The notes under the pieces: model-generated
Told to the model about the DNA's origin: nothing
The model's input: the letters and a program-made list of their open reading frames with translations, nothing else
Database searches by the model: none
Source: Aquifex aeolicus VF5
GTDB lineage: Bacteria > Aquificota > Aquificia > Aquificales > Aquificaceae
DNA: 32,000 bases
Direction: 5' to 3'
Assembly: GCF_000008625.1 (NCBI RefSeq)
Contig: NC_000918.1
Location: forward strand, 150,001 to 182,000
Translations under genes and position numbers: made by a program
Shown here: positions 1 through 10,628 of the stretch, piece by piece
Layout: the number at the start of each line of letters is the position of its first letter
Position numbering within the stretch: position 1 is the first letter of the stretch

Positions 1-1
1 A

Positions 2-274
2 ATCTCCGGACTTTCCAAACTCGTGAGAACGGTGAGAGCTTTTGCCCTGAGACCGCAGGTTCAAGAGAGGCTAACCGAAGAGATAGCGGACTTTCTGGAA
101 AAGGAACTAGAACCCAAAGGTGTGGGAGTAGTTATAGAGGCAGAACACCTCTGTATGTCCATGAGAGGGGTTATGTCTCCCGGACACCTCACGGTCACCT
201 CAGCCCTGAGGGGTGTGTTTTTAAAGGACATAAAAACGAGGGAAGAGTTTTTAAAGCTCGTTAAAGGCGTTTAA
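2..274 (+). CDS. folE: GTP cyclohydrolase I, C-terminal part (5' end outside window)
   Basis: Frame is open from base 2 ([32 protein letters not shown]...[26 protein letters not shown]); characteristic FolE C-terminal motifs. Confidence 0.93.
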   Translation: MSGLSKLVRTVRAFALRPQVQERLTEEIADFLEKELEPKGVGVVIEAEHLCMSMRGVMSPGHLTVTSALRGVFLKDIKTREEFLKLVKGV

Positions 275-1173
275 GGTATTGGAACCCTGCTTATGACTTC
301 CTTTAAGACCGCTTCCGCCTTCACTCCTTCCCTTACCTTTATCCTGTGGGGAATTACGTACTTAAGTAAGTCCAGAACGTCTTCCGGGACGACAAAGTCC
401 CTTTCCCTGAAGTAAGCCAGAGCCCTTGAGGCGTTCGCAAGGTGTATAAGACCCCTCGTGGAAACACCCAGAATAACCGAAGGGTGATTCCTGACCTCGT
501 TTCCTATGTTTACAATAAACCTTGCGACTTCCGGGGAAACGTATATTTCCTTTACTTCGTTTACAGTCCTTATAACTTCTTCGGGGGAACTTAAAACATT
601 TAGAGAACTTACCTTTTCCATGGGGTTTATCCCCTGAACTATCTGAACTTCGTCCTCTTCCGAAGGGTATCCCATACTGATTTTCATAGTAAACCTGTCG
701 AGCTGAGCTTCGGGAAGGGGGTAAGTACCGTAATACTCAATCGGGTTCTGAGTAGCTATGACGAAGAAGGGTTCGGGGAGTTTGTAAGTATTTCCGTCCA
801 CGCTCACCTGTTTTTCCGCCATAGCCTCAAGGAGGGCACTCTGAACCTTCGGCGTTCCCCTGTTTATCTCATCAGCCAGAACTACGTTACTGAAAATAGG
901 CCCCTTTTTGAACTCGAATTCCCTTGTTTTCTGATTGAACACGCTGACTCCGGTTATGTCCGAGGGAAGGAGATCACTCGTGAACTGTATCCTGCTGAAC
1001 GAAAGTCCAAGAACCCTTGCCAGAGCCAGAGCTAATGTTGTCTTACCCGTTCCGGGAACGTCCTCTATAAGGAGGTGTCCGCCCGATAGGAGACAGACGA
1101 GAGAGTTTTTTATAACTTCTTCCTTCCCCTTTATTACTTTCGAGACCTCAGAAATTATGAGGTTTATGTCCAT
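271..1173 (-). CDS. MoxR-family AAA+ ATPase
   Basis: [18 protein letters not shown] Walker [23 protein letters not shown] Walker [26 protein letters not shown] sensor motif. Confidence 0.93.
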   Translation of the reverse strand: MDINLIISEVSKVIKGKEEVIKNSLVCLLSGGHLLIEDVPGTGKTTLALALARVLGLSFSRIQFTSDLLPSDITGVSVFNQKTREFEFKKGPIFSNVVLADEINRGTPKVQSALLEAMAEKQVSVDGNTYKLPEPFFVIATQNPIEYYGTYPLPEAQLDRFTMKISMGYPSEEDEVQIVQGINPMEKVSSLNVLSSPEEVIRTVNEVKEIYVSPEVARFIVNIGNEVRNHPSVILGVSTRGLIHLANASRALAYFRERDFVVPEDVLDLLKYVIPHRIKVREGVKAEAVLKEVISRVPIP

Positions 1174-1205
1174 TGGTATAATTTTAAAAACAAGGAGGAG
1201 AAAAG

Positions 1206-3593
1206 GTGAACGAACTATTTCAAACCCCTCAGGTAGAAGCGGGAATTAAAGAATACCCCTTAATGCCTTTAAGGGACATAGTTATCTTCCCCACAATGGT
1301 TCAGCCTCTCTTTGTAGGAAGGCGTTTCTCAATAAGAGCTATTGAGGAGGCGAACAAAAAGGACAAACTTATATTCTTAGTTCTTCAAAAGGACAAAGAT
1401 GTAGAAGAACCTAAGGAAGAGGACATATACAAAGTCGGTGTGGTTGCCTACATATTAAGAACAGTTCCCATAGAGGACGCAAGAGTAAAGGTTCTCGTTC
1501 AGGGATTAAAGAGAGGGGTTATAAAGAAGCTCGAGTGGAAAGAAGACCACTACGTAGCCCAGGTAGACGTTATAGAGGAAAGGGACATCCCGCCCGAAAG
1601 CCAAACGATAGAGGACAAAGCCCTCATAAAGGCCGTAAAGGAATCCATAGACAAACTCGTCAGCCTTGGAAAACAGATAATTCCCGACCTCGTAGTTCTC
1701 ATAAAGGAACTCGAAGAACCCGGAAAGCTCGCGGATATGGTAGCCTCCATCCTTGATATAAAATCCTCACAGGCTCAGGAGATACTGGAAACTTTCGACC
1801 CCAGAGAAAGACTTAAGAAGGTTTACAAATTCCTACAGGACGAAATAGGACTCCTAGAAGTAAAACAAAGGATAAGCGAGATAGCAAGGGAGAGAATGGA
1901 AAAGGAACAGAGGGAGTACTACCTCAGACAGCAACTCAAAGCCATACAGGAGGAACTCGGAGAAGCAGGCGGAATAAAGGCTGAAATAGAGGAGTACACA
2001 AAGAAGTTTGAAGAAGTCAAAGAGTGTATGCCTGAAGAAGGGGTAAAGGAAGTAGAAAAGAACATAAAGAGACTAGAGAGACTGCACCCCGAGTCCGCGG
2101 AAGCTGGAGTTATAAGAACGTGGCTCGACTGGGTTCTGGACCTTCCCTGGTGTACGAGGACTGAGGACAATTACGACCTTGAAAGGGCAAGGGAAATTTT
2201 AGACAGAGATCACTACGACCTTGAAAAGGTAAAGGACAGGATAATAGAGTACCTCGCCATAAGGAAGTTAACTCAAGGTAAAGAAGCCCCAACTCAGATA
2301 CTTGCCTTTGTAGGACCTCCGGGTGTAGGTAAGACTTCCCTAGGACGCTCAATAGCGGAGGCCCTCGGAAGGAAGTTCGTAAGGATAGCTTTGGGAGGTA
2401 TAAGGGACGAGGCGGAAATCAGGGGACACAGGAGAACTTACGTCGGGGCAATGCCCGGAAGGATTATTCAAGCCATAAAACAGGCCGGAACGAAAAACCC
2501 TGTAATAATGCTGGATGAGATAGACAAGCTCGCCATATCCTTCCAGGGAGACCCCGCGGCTGCACTCCTCGAAGTCCTTGATCCGGAGCAAAATAAGAAG
2601 TTCACGGACCTCTACATAGGGATTCCCTTTGACCTCTCAGAAGTGATATTCATTTGTACGGGAAACAGGGCGGATACTATTCCCACACCGCTCCTCGACA
2701 GGATGGAACTCATAATGCTTTCAGGATACTCCGAAGAGGAGAAACTCTTCATAGCAAAGAAACACTTGATTCCCAAGTTAATTCCCCTCCACGGCTTTAG
2801 CCCGGAAGAGATCGAGTTTACGGACGAGGCTATTCTGGAGATAATAAGGGGCTACACGAGAGAGGCGGGAGTGAGAAACCTTCAAAGGCAGATTTCCGCA
2901 GTCCTGAGAAAAATAGCTGTAAAGAAACTACAGGGTGAGAAAGGTCCGTTTAATATAACCCCTGAGCTCGTCAGAAAACTCCTCGGAGTTCCGAGGTACA
3001 GACCTGAAAGGGAAAAGAAACCTCTCGTTGGGGTTGCCACAGGACTCGCATGGACCGAAGTAGGCGGAGAGATAATGTTCATAGAAGCCACGAAGATGAA
3101 GGGGAAAGGCTCGCTTGTTCTCACAGGTTCACTGGGAGACATAATGAAAGAAAGTGCTCAGGCAGCTCTCTCTTACATCCGCTCAAAGGCGGAAGACTAC
3201 GGCATAGATCCGGATATATTCTCACAGGTTGACGTTCACGTGCACGTTCCCGAGGGAGCGGTTCCGAAGGACGGACCATCCGCGGGTGTTGCGATAGCGA
3301 CCGCACTCCTATCTCTGTTTACGGACATTCCCGTGAGGATGGACGTTGCCATGACGGGAGAAATTACCTTAAGGGGAAGAGTGCTCCCCGTAGGTGGTCT
3401 GAAGGAAAAGATACTCGCGGCAAAGAGAGCGGAAATCTACGAGGTAATCCTGCCCGCTAAAAACAAAGACGAGGTTATGGAAGAACTCCCAGAGTACGTA
3501 AGGGAAAAGATGACTCTACACTTTGTAGATAACTTAGAAGAAGTGTTCAAGATAGCATTAGTGAGAGAGCCAAAGCCCCTCAAAGAGGCGTGA
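1206..3593 (+). CDS. lon: ATP-dependent protease Lon (GTG start)
   Basis: [22 protein letters not shown] Walker A, catalytic [18 protein letters not shown], full-length 795 aa; AGGAGG just upstream of the GTG. Confidence 0.97.
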   Translation: MNELFQTPQVEAGIKEYPLMPLRDIVIFPTMVQPLFVGRRFSIRAIEEANKKDKLIFLVLQKDKDVEEPKEEDIYKVGVVAYILRTVPIEDARVKVLVQGLKRGVIKKLEWKEDHYVAQVDVIEERDIPPESQTIEDKALIKAVKESIDKLVSLGKQIIPDLVVLIKELEEPGKLADMVASILDIKSSQAQEILETFDPRERLKKVYKFLQDEIGLLEVKQRISEIARERMEKEQREYYLRQQLKAIQEELGEAGGIKAEIEEYTKKFEEVKECMPEEGVKEVEKNIKRLERLHPESAEAGVIRTWLDWVLDLPWCTRTEDNYDLERAREILDRDHYDLEKVKDRIIEYLAIRKLTQGKEAPTQILAFVGPPGVGKTSLGRSIAEALGRKFVRIALGGIRDEAEIRGHRRTYVGAMPGRIIQAIKQAGTKNPVIMLDEIDKLAISFQGDPAAALLEVLDPEQNKKFTDLYIGIPFDLSEVIFICTGNRADTIPTPLLDRMELIMLSGYSEEEKLFIAKKHLIPKLIPLHGFSPEEIEFTDEAILEIIRGYTREAGVRNLQRQISAVLRKIAVKKLQGEKGPFNITPELVRKLLGVPRYRPEREKKPLVGVATGLAWTEVGGEIMFIEATKMKGKGSLVLTGSLGDIMKESAQAALSYIRSKAEDYGIDPDIFSQVDVHVHVPEGAVPKDGPSAGVAIATALLSLFTDIPVRMDVAMTGEITLRGRVLPVGGLKEKILAAKRAEIYEVILPAKNKDEVMEELPEYVREKMTLHFVDNLEEVFKIALVREPKPLKEA

Positions 3594-5067
3594 TCTCTAT
3601 AAGGTAAACCTCTCCCCTGTTCTGTATGGGGATCGTTCCCTTGCTCCCCGTTATTACAAATATCCTTCCTTCGCTATCCCTTACTATAGCCTGAATGGCT
3701 TCTTCAAACTTTCTTCCTTTGAGTTTAATCGCCTCGTAAACCTTTTCCTTTTTCCTTACAACGGTCCAGAGTTCCCCTTCCGTAAACTTTGTAAAGCCCA
3801 CAAGCTGGAATATGTTACTCGCCCTGTTTTTTGCTATTAGAGGTAAAACGTCCTTGTAAACTTTTGTGAAGTTCGGTCTAACGTAGAAGCCGTACTTGTC
3901 TCCTTCCGCATACTCGTAAACTCCGGGAACCTCCGCGGTTGTGTAGGAAAGTCCGAACCCGTCCTCCGTTAAAACCTCCTCATCGTTTACGTAAACCCTG
4001 AGCTGTCCGTCGTTGTCCACAAAAACGAGAACGTTGTTCCAGGCATTCGCACCGTCTACTCTAAAGTCTTCAGGAAGATTAAGGGCGTCTTTCCTTACAA
4101 GTTTATCACCTCGGAGCTCAAACCTGTAAACCTTTCCCCAGCTTCCTTTAAACTCCTGCCCTATGAGAACTTTCTTTCCGTTTTGATAGAAAAATCCAAA
4201 GAGGTATGGAACGTTTTTATCGGTAAGCATTAGGGAGTTTCCTACGGGACTAAGAACGGCGGAACTCGCCTCCCCGTTCGATATCATGTTTACGAGAACG
4301 GCAGACCTTCCTTTATTTTCGTAGCACACAACACCAACAGGATAACCTGTAGGAATGGCGTAAGATAGTACTTCAACAAAGTCGGTTTTTAGTACTTCGT
4401 AAACTTTTACTTTGTCGGAAAAGAGAACTACAAGGTAATCTTTCTTTCCGAAGAGTTTACAGATATCCGCAGATAGCGGAAGGCTCTCCAGACTTCTCAC
4501 AAACTTAGCCTTTAGGGCAAAGTCTTCAAAAACACCACCTCTTTTTGCAAAGCCCACACCGGAGTACTGGAAGAATGCAAGAGGTTTTCCTTTGTAAGAA
4601 ACACCGTAACCGTTTTCAAGTTCCTTTACCACGTAATCGCAGTTTTCAGAGTTCCTTTTTACATTTTGAACTACTTGACTGAGGGCGTAATACCCTTCGT
4701 CTCCTCCAATATAACACACACTACCAATTTTTAGCTTTACCCTATCACCGGGCTTTATTCCGTTGTTTTCTAAGGTTTTTGCCTCCGAAAAATTCTCTCT
4801 CGGCTTTATAACCTCTACTTCTCCTACCTTTTCTTCCTTGTATCCGAGAACTTTTTTCGTAACGGGGTGAATTATGGGCTTTTTACTCTGGAAAACTTCA
4901 AAGATCTCTCCGGGAAAGGCTTTTCCCCTCGGAAGGTCTATCAATACTTTTTCCCCTTCCTTTTCAACCACGTATCCGCTTCTCTGAAAGAATTCCAGAA
5001 GTTCTTTTGGAACTTGAGCAAAGAGAAAGGTACTTAAAAACAATATTAATAGACTAAGTGTACGCAT
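3580..5067 (-). CDS. Hypothetical secreted/periplasmic protein
   Basis: 495-aa ORF with N-terminal signal-like segment [18 protein letters not shown]; closely packed with leuB; no family recognised. Confidence 0.75.
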   Translation of the reverse strand: MRTLSLLILFLSTFLFAQVPKELLEFFQRSGYVVEKEGEKVLIDLPRGKAFPGEIFEVFQSKKPIIHPVTKKVLGYKEEKVGEVEVIKPRENFSEAKTLENNGIKPGDRVKLKIGSVCYIGGDEGYYALSQVVQNVKRNSENCDYVVKELENGYGVSYKGKPLAFFQYSGVGFAKRGGVFEDFALKAKFVRSLESLPLSADICKLFGKKDYLVVLFSDKVKVYEVLKTDFVEVLSYAIPTGYPVGVVCYENKGRSAVLVNMISNGEASSAVLSPVGNSLMLTDKNVPYLFGFFYQNGKKVLIGQEFKGSWGKVYRFELRGDKLVRKDALNLPEDFRVDGANAWNNVLVFVDNDGQLRVYVNDEEVLTEDGFGLSYTTAEVPGVYEYAEGDKYGFYVRPNFTKVYKDVLPLIAKNRASNIFQLVGFTKFTEGELWTVVRKKEKVYEAIKLKGRKFEEAIQAIVRDSEGRIFVITGSKGTIPIQNRGEVYLIEITPL

Positions 5068-6148
5068 CTTTTAACCTCTCTAAGTTTTCTAAAATCTTGT
5101 CAGTTATTTCCTTCGTGCCGACTTTTATGCAACCCTCAGAGTATATATCCGGCGTTCTGTAGCCCTGATTTAGTGTTTCCTCTATTGCCTTCTCTATCAG
5201 GTCGTGGGCCTTGTCCATGTTAAAGGAGTACTTGAGCATCATGGCGGCGGAAAGTATAGTGGCTATCGGATTTGCTATACCTTTACCCGCTATGTCGGGA
5301 GCAGAGCCGTGAACCGGCTCGTAAAGTGCGTACCTGTCCCCTATGCTCGCAGAAGGAAGCATTCCGAGGCTTCCCACAACAACTCCCGCTTCGTCGGATA
5401 GGATATCACCGAAGATATTTCCCGTGACTATAACGTCAAAGCTTGTTGGTCTCCTTACGAGTTGCATAGCACAGTTGTCAATGTAGAGGTGTTCCAGTTC
5501 AACGTCCGGGTAGTTTTCTTTTTCTTCCTCTACAATCTGTCTCCAAAGGGCACTTACTTCAAGGACGTTTGCCTTATCCACGCTCGTTAACTTCTTTCTC
5601 CTTTTCCTTGCAATTTCAAATCCTTTTCTAACTATCCTCCTTATTTCGTCTTCTGTGTACTTCATAGTGTTTATCGCGTACCTCTTTCCGTTTTCTTCAA
5701 AAATCCCCCTCGGCTCTCCATAGTATATTCCAGAGGTAAGTTCCCTTATAACGATCATGTCCGTTCCTTTTACGACTTCTTCTTTTAAAGGAGAAGAGGA
5801 TATCAGTGCGTCCCAGACTTTTGCAGGTCTGAGATTTGCGTAAAGGTCGAGTTCCTTTCTAATCCTTAAAAGTCCCTTCTCCGGTCTTTTATCGGTAGGA
5901 AGGTTGTCCCACTTCGGTCCCCCGACTGCACCAAGGAGTATAGCGTCCGATTCTTTGCATATCTTCAGAGTTTCTTCGGGAAGAGGATCTCCCGTTTTGT
6001 CTATCGCCTCACCGCCTATTAGCCCCTCTCTATACTCAAACTCAACGCCGTAAATCTCACCTATTTTGTCAAGAACTCTGAGGGCTTGTTCCACTATTTC
6101 TGGACCTATCCCGTCTCCTTTGAGTACTGCTATCTTGTATTTTTTCAT
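5054..6148 (-). CDS. leuB: 3-isopropylmalate dehydrogenase
   Basis: [72 protein letters not shown]. Confidence 0.96.
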   Translation of the reverse strand: MKKYKIAVLKGDGIGPEIVEQALRVLDKIGEIYGVEFEYREGLIGGEAIDKTGDPLPEETLKICKESDAILLGAVGGPKWDNLPTDKRPEKGLLRIRKELDLYANLRPAKVWDALISSSPLKEEVVKGTDMIVIRELTSGIYYGEPRGIFEENGKRYAINTMKYTEDEIRRIVRKGFEIARKRRKKLTSVDKANVLEVSALWRQIVEEEKENYPDVELEHLYIDNCAMQLVRRPTSFDVIVTGNIFGDILSDEAGVVVGSLGMLPSASIGDRYALYEPVHGSAPDIAGKGIANPIATILSAAMMLKYSFNMDKAHDLIEKAIEETLNQGYRTPDIYSEGCIKVGTKEITDKILENLERLKDAYT

Positions 6149-6459
6149 ATGATGTATTTTAGCAATAAAAACTTAGACGAATTTATTATAATTATGTTTA
6201 AGGGCTACAAAGCCCCTCCTGGCTCCTTGGCAATTGAATATGGTTTATGGGTCTCAATGAGTGATGCTTTGATGACGTGATGAAATGAAATCATGATGCA
6301 ATAGGGCTGAAGGGATTGAAAATCAAGGGTAAAAATTTTATAAAGGTATACTCAAGTTTGCAGAACCTCAGGTTAGCGGAAATTAACGTTCGTTTCGTGA
6401 GGGTCAGAAGTTTAATAAGTTATTGATAAAGCGTTATTTTTTAGACACAGGCGTGCAGG

Positions 6460-6758
6460 GTTCCTAATGTACCGTGTGGAGTTGAAACCCAGTCAGATTG
6501 AAGTTATCGTCAACTTCAAAATACGGTTCCTAATGTACCGTGTGGAGTTGAAACCTTGCTTTATCAGAGAATAGTATTCTTTCTATGTCTTCATAGTTTG
6601 TTCCTAATGTACCGTGTGGAGTTGAAACCTCTTGATAGTATCTGTTTTCCGCGTATTCCACGATTCTTTTGTTCCTAATGTACCGTAGTGGAGTTGAAAC
6701 TTCGGTGATAAAGGAGCATTTTTCACAAAAGAAATCAGTTTCTAATGTACCGTGTGGA
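6460..6758 (+). CRISPR. Small CRISPR array: three perfect 30-nt repeats, one variant repeat, one truncated terminal repeat, four spacers
   Basis: Repeat GTTCCTAATGTACCGTGTGGAGTTGAAACC at 6460-6489, 6526-6555 and 6600-6629; variant with inserted A at 6671-6700; degenerate/truncated GTTTCTAATGTACCGTGTGGA at 6738-6758. Spacers 36, 44, 41 and 37 nt. The GTTGAAACC 3' end and the degenerate copy at the right suggest leader on the left and (+) transcription. Confidence 0.95.
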
Positions 6759-6793
6759 TAAAAATGATTATTTGTGTTTAAAATTCTTTAGAA

Positions 6794-7891
6794 ATGCTTA
6801 CCGTGGGTATCCTCGGAGGTGGACAGCTCGGATGGATGACTATACTGGAAGGGAGAAAACTCGGGTTTAAATTTCACGTCCTTGAAGACAAAGAAAACGC
6901 TCCTGCCTGCAGGGTTGCTGACAGGTGTTTCAGAACAGGACAAATAAGTGAATTCGTAGACTCCTGTGACATTATTACTTACGAATTTGAACACATTAAA
7001 GATGAAGTTTTGGAAAAGTGCGAGAGTAAATTAATTCCCAACCCTCAAGCTCTTTACGTTAAAAAAAGCAGAATCAGGGAAAAGCTTTTTCTGAAAAAGC
7101 ACGGTTTTCCCGTGCCGGAGTTTTTAGTAATCAAAAGGGACGAGATAATAGATGCTTTAAAGAGTTTTAAACTTCCTGTGGTGATAAAGGCGGAAAAGCT
7201 TGGCTACGACGGAAAAGGACAGTACAGGATAAAAAAACTCGAGGATGCAAACCAGGTTGTCAAAAACCACGACAAAGAAGAAAGTTTCATAATTGAGGAA
7301 TTCGTAAAGTTTGAAGCGGAAATTTCCTGTATAGGTGTAAGGGACAGGGAAGGTAAAACGTACTTTTACCCTCAGCCATTCAATAAACACGAAGAGGGTA
7401 TACTTATTTACAACTACGTGCCCTATGCAAAGTTAAAAGAAGCTGAAGAAATAACTAAGAGGCTAATGGAGCTTTTAGATATAGTGGGTGTGTTCACGGT
7501 TGAATTTTTCCTGCTAAAAGACGGGAGAGTTTTAATAAACGAATTTGCTCCGAGGGTTCACAACACGGGACACTGGACCTTGGATGGAGCGTACACCTCC
7601 CAGTTTGAAAACCTCCTTAGGGCTATAACGGAAATGCCTCTTGGTTCTACGGAGTTAAAACTACCGAGCGGTATGGTGAATATACTCGGGAAATCTTATG
7701 AGGAAATCCCTCTGAAAGAAATCCTTTCCGTTGAAGGTGCAAAACTATACTGGTATGGCAAAGAGAAGAAACCAAGAAGGAAGGTAGGACACGTTAACGT
7801 GGTGGGAAGGTCAAAGGAAGAAGTAGTTGAAAAAGTAGAAAGAGTCTTCACACTTCTCAAAGGCTCAAGAGAAAAACTCCCAGCACCATGA
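6794..7891 (+). CDS. purK: 5-(carboxyamino)imidazole ribonucleotide synthase
   Basis: ATP-grasp protein MLTVGILGGGQLGWMTILEGRKLGFKFHVLEDKENAPACRVADR; NEFAPRVHNTGHWTLDGAYTSQFENLLRAI is characteristic of PurK. Confidence 0.95.
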   Translation: MLTVGILGGGQLGWMTILEGRKLGFKFHVLEDKENAPACRVADRCFRTGQISEFVDSCDIITYEFEHIKDEVLEKCESKLIPNPQALYVKKSRIREKLFLKKHGFPVPEFLVIKRDEIIDALKSFKLPVVIKAEKLGYDGKGQYRIKKLEDANQVVKNHDKEESFIIEEFVKFEAEISCIGVRDREGKTYFYPQPFNKHEEGILIYNYVPYAKLKEAEEITKRLMELLDIVGVFTVEFFLLKDGRVLINEFAPRVHNTGHWTLDGAYTSQFENLLRAITEMPLGSTELKLPSGMVNILGKSYEEIPLKEILSVEGAKLYWYGKEKKPRRKVGHVNVVGRSKEEVVEKVERVFTLLKGSREKLPAP

Positions 7892-8696
7892 TTATACTCG
7901 CCTTAAAAGCGTTCTTAACTTTTTCGCCGAAGAAGACCTTTCCGTAAAGGACGTCAAGGAGTATGGCCAGCCTTTCGGTGGCGGCAACAAATGAAGCGTA
8001 AGTGTAAATGTACGCCCACGTGTAGAATACCATCCCAAGGGAAAAGAACAGCCCTACAATTCCGAAGAACTTCCAGTCCGAAGAGAAGTCTTTAACCTCA
8101 AATCTCTTCACGAAAGGGATTAGAGCCAAGCTCATGACGAGGCAGTAATACCACGAAAAGAAAAACTGGTTACTGCTGACAACTGCAATTTTCCCTATTA
8201 CGACGTTCACGCCGAATAAGAAGGAAGAAAACAGGGCGTAAAGGACCCCTTTATTTAAGGTAAAGAAACTTTTAATGTTCTTTCCTGCGAGTAGTGTGGT
8301 TCCGTAAACTATGAGCAGTATTCCGAGCCAGTTTCTTAAGGAAAGAACTTCTCCTAAAACTATCCAGCCTGCGAGGGCGGAAAAAGCGGGCATTGTGGCG
8401 TAAAAAGGCATCGCAAGGGATAGGGGTGCGTACTTTAAAGACTTTATGAAGAAAATAGAGGCTAAAATTTCCGAGGGAAGCCATAAAAAAGTGGTTTTAA
8501 TCACGGTTTCGTTCAAATCCCAGTAAACTAAACCGAAAGGCAACAGCAGCAAAGCCCCGAGGGGAAATCTTATCCAGAGGACGAAGTTCTCTTCATAGCC
8601 TTTCAGAATGAGTTTTTTATTAAAAATGTCGTTGGTGGCCCAGAAGAAGGCAGAAAACAGAGAAAAGGTTATACCGAGTAGGTGATTGTATTCCAT
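7857..8696 (-). CDS. EamA/DMT-family transporter (10-TM type)
   Basis: Two repeats of hydrophobic helices with EamA-like signatures (AMPFYATMPAFSALAGWIVLGEVLSLRNWLGILLIVYG; GEKVKNAFKASIIMVLGVFLLS). Confidence 0.85.
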   Translation of the reverse strand: MEYNHLLGITFSLFSAFFWATNDIFNKKLILKGYEENFVLWIRFPLGALLLLPFGLVYWDLNETVIKTTFLWLPSEILASIFFIKSLKYAPLSLAMPFYATMPAFSALAGWIVLGEVLSLRNWLGILLIVYGTTLLAGKNIKSFFTLNKGVLYALFSSFLFGVNVVIGKIAVVSSNQFFFSWYYCLVMSLALIPFVKRFEVKDFSSDWKFFGIVGLFFSLGMVFYTWAYIYTYASFVAATERLAILLDVLYGKVFFGEKVKNAFKASIIMVLGVFLLSL

Positions 8697-10132
8697 TAAG
8701 TGAGAGGTATTTTTTCGTAGTGTTTAAACTTCTGTTCCCATAAGTAGGAAATCTGAAGCAGGGTAGTTTCGTCCCAGTGCTTTCCTATGAGCTGCCCGCC
8801 TACGGGAAGCCCGTCTTTCCATGCTATCGGTATGGATATAGCGGGTAGTCCTGCGAGGTTTGCGGGAACGGTAAGTATGTCCGAGAGATACATCTCTATG
8901 GGGTTTTCAAGTCTTTCACCGAACTTGAAAGGTAGCGTCGGCGTAGTGGGGGAAGCTATAACGTCAACTTCCTCAAACGCCTTTAAGAAGTCATTCGTTA
9001 TAAGTCTTCTAACTTTCTGAGCTTTGAGGTAGTAAGCGTCGTAGTATCCCGCTGAAAGGGCAAAGGTACCGAGCATTATCCTCCTCTTTACCTCAGGTCC
9101 AAAGCCTTCGTCCCTCGTCCTTGCGTACATCTCAAATATGTCTTTGTACTCCTTAGCCCTGTATCCGTATCTAACTCCGTCGTATCTTGCGAGGTTTGAA
9201 GAAGCTTCAGAAGGAGCTATTATGTAGTAGGTGGGTATAGAGTACTTAACGTGGGGAAGGGAAACTTCCTTTATTTCAAAGCCTTCTTTCTCAAGCTCCT
9301 TTATAAAGTTTTCAAAGGCTTCTTTTACCTGAGGCTGGAGCTCGTACTCAAAGAATTCCTTTGGAAGACCTATTTTCAGACCTTTTACTTCCTTCTTTAC
9401 CTCTTCGCTCCACTCGGGAACGGGGACTTTTGCGCTTGTGCTGTCCTTTTCGTCCCAACCGCTTATTACCTCAAGCACGAGGGCTACGTCTTCCGTTCTC
9501 CTTCCGAACACTCCTATCTGGTCAAGGGAGCTTGCAAACGCCACGAGCCCGTACCTTGAAACTCTCCCGTAAGTCGGCTTTATACCTATGACTCCGCAAA
9601 AAGAGGCAGGCTGTCTAATGGAACCTCCCGTATCCGAGCCGAGGGACACCGGAGCAGACAGAACCGCAACGCTTGCCGCAGAACCTCCCGAAGAACCTCC
9701 CGGAACTCTTTCTAAATCCCAAGGGTTTTTAGTGGGAAAGAAGGCGGAGTACTCCGTAGAGGAGCCCATGGCAAATTCGTCAAGGTTAGTCTTTCCTACA
9801 ATAAGGGCTCCTGCTTTTTTAAGTCTCTCTATTACGGTCGCATCATAGGGAGCTACAAAGTTCTCTAGTATCTTGGAAGCACAAGTCGTTTTCTCTCCTT
9901 CAACGAGTATGTTGTCCTTTACCGCAATTGGAATACCAAATAGGGGGAGCTCCCTTTCTTTTAAGCTTTCCGCCTGCTTTAAAGCTTTTCCGTAGAGGGG
10001 TGTTATATAAGCCTTTACCTTTTCTTCCGTTTGGTTGTATCTATCGTAAAAACTCTCTACTACTTCCTTCGGAGAAACTTCTCCTCTTTTCAGGAGCTCC
10101 CTCAGTTCACTCAGGGACTTTTTCCAGAGCAT
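8696..10132 (-). CDS. gatA: Aspartyl/glutamyl-tRNA amidotransferase subunit A
   Basis: GIPIAVKDNILVEG, GSSTEYSAFFPTKNPWDLERVPGGSSGGSAASVA, SLGSDTGGSIRQPASFCGVIGIKPTYGRVSRYGLVAFASSLDQIG. Confidence 0.97.
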   Translation of the reverse strand: MLWKKSLSELRELLKRGEVSPKEVVESFYDRYNQTEEKVKAYITPLYGKALKQAESLKERELPLFGIPIAVKDNILVEGEKTTCASKILENFVAPYDATVIERLKKAGALIVGKTNLDEFAMGSSTEYSAFFPTKNPWDLERVPGGSSGGSAASVAVLSAPVSLGSDTGGSIRQPASFCGVIGIKPTYGRVSRYGLVAFASSLDQIGVFGRRTEDVALVLEVISGWDEKDSTSAKVPVPEWSEEVKKEVKGLKIGLPKEFFEYELQPQVKEAFENFIKELEKEGFEIKEVSLPHVKYSIPTYYIIAPSEASSNLARYDGVRYGYRAKEYKDIFEMYARTRDEGFGPEVKRRIMLGTFALSAGYYDAYYLKAQKVRRLITNDFLKAFEEVDVIASPTTPTLPFKFGERLENPIEMYLSDILTVPANLAGLPAISIPIAWKDGLPVGGQLIGKHWDETTLLQISYLWEQKFKHYEKIPLT

Positions 10133-10144
10133 AGGAGTATTCTA

Positions 10145-10582
10145 TCACGCTTCCCCTATGTCCTCCCTTTCTACCTGTATGTTCTCAGGGTTGTACATGT
10201 CAACACCGTAAGAAGGCATGTACGTTCCGCTTTCCCTTTCTACTTCTTCCGCACACTTGGCGCAGTACCTTGTCCACGGAATAGCACAAAGTCTCGGTTC
10301 GGGTATCTCCTCCCCGCACCTTTCGCATATACCGTAAGTGCCTTTCTCTATCTTCTCAAGGGCGTAATCTATCTCTCTCAAGGTAGCTATTTCAACGTTG
10401 GATAAGTTGTCGAGGAGTTCCTCCGTGTAGGTCATCTGTCCTATGTCTTCCCAGTCCCTGGGTTCTTTTGATTCTTCCCCGAGTCTTTGCTGGGTTTCTT
10501 CTTTTTCTAAATACCTCTCCAGAATTTTAGCTTTCTCTTCAAGGAGCTTTTGCTTGCACTTTTCTAAGAGTTCTTTATTCAT
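10145..10582 (-). CDS. DksA/TraR-family zinc-finger protein
   Basis: C4 finger YGICERCGEEIPEPRLCAIPWTRYCAKCAEE preceded by coiled-coil. Confidence 0.88.
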   Translation of the reverse strand: MNKELLEKCKQKLLEEKAKILERYLEKEETQQRLGEESKEPRDWEDIGQMTYTEELLDNLSNVEIATLREIDYALEKIEKGTYGICERCGEEIPEPRLCAIPWTRYCAKCAEEVERESGTYMPSYGVDMYNPENIQVEREDIGEA

Positions 10583-10628
10583 CTCCTCCTCCTTTCAATA
10601 AGGAAAAAAATATAATCTGAGCGAAACT

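Noticed and set aside
1535-3306. Multiple short ORFs on both strands inside lon (1535, 1550, 1919, 2110, 2349, 2882, 3050, 3121)
   Set aside because: Shadow ORFs of a strongly supported 795-aa Lon CDS.
6086-6280. 64-aa (+) ORF over leuB 5' end and the intergenic interval
   Set aside because: Low-complexity composition, overlaps leuB antisense, no recognisable domain.
6201-6310. Possible 6S-like or other known structured RNA in the interval between leuB and the CRISPR array
   Set aside because: Only short stems (about 5 bp) could be drawn by eye and no family-specific consensus was recognised; kept only as a low-interest finding about the interval.
8272-10405. Short ORFs inside the EamA, gatA and DksA-like genes (8272, 8787, 9251, 9361, 9588, 9928, 10031)
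   Set aside because: Antisense or alternate-frame shadows of well-supported genes.
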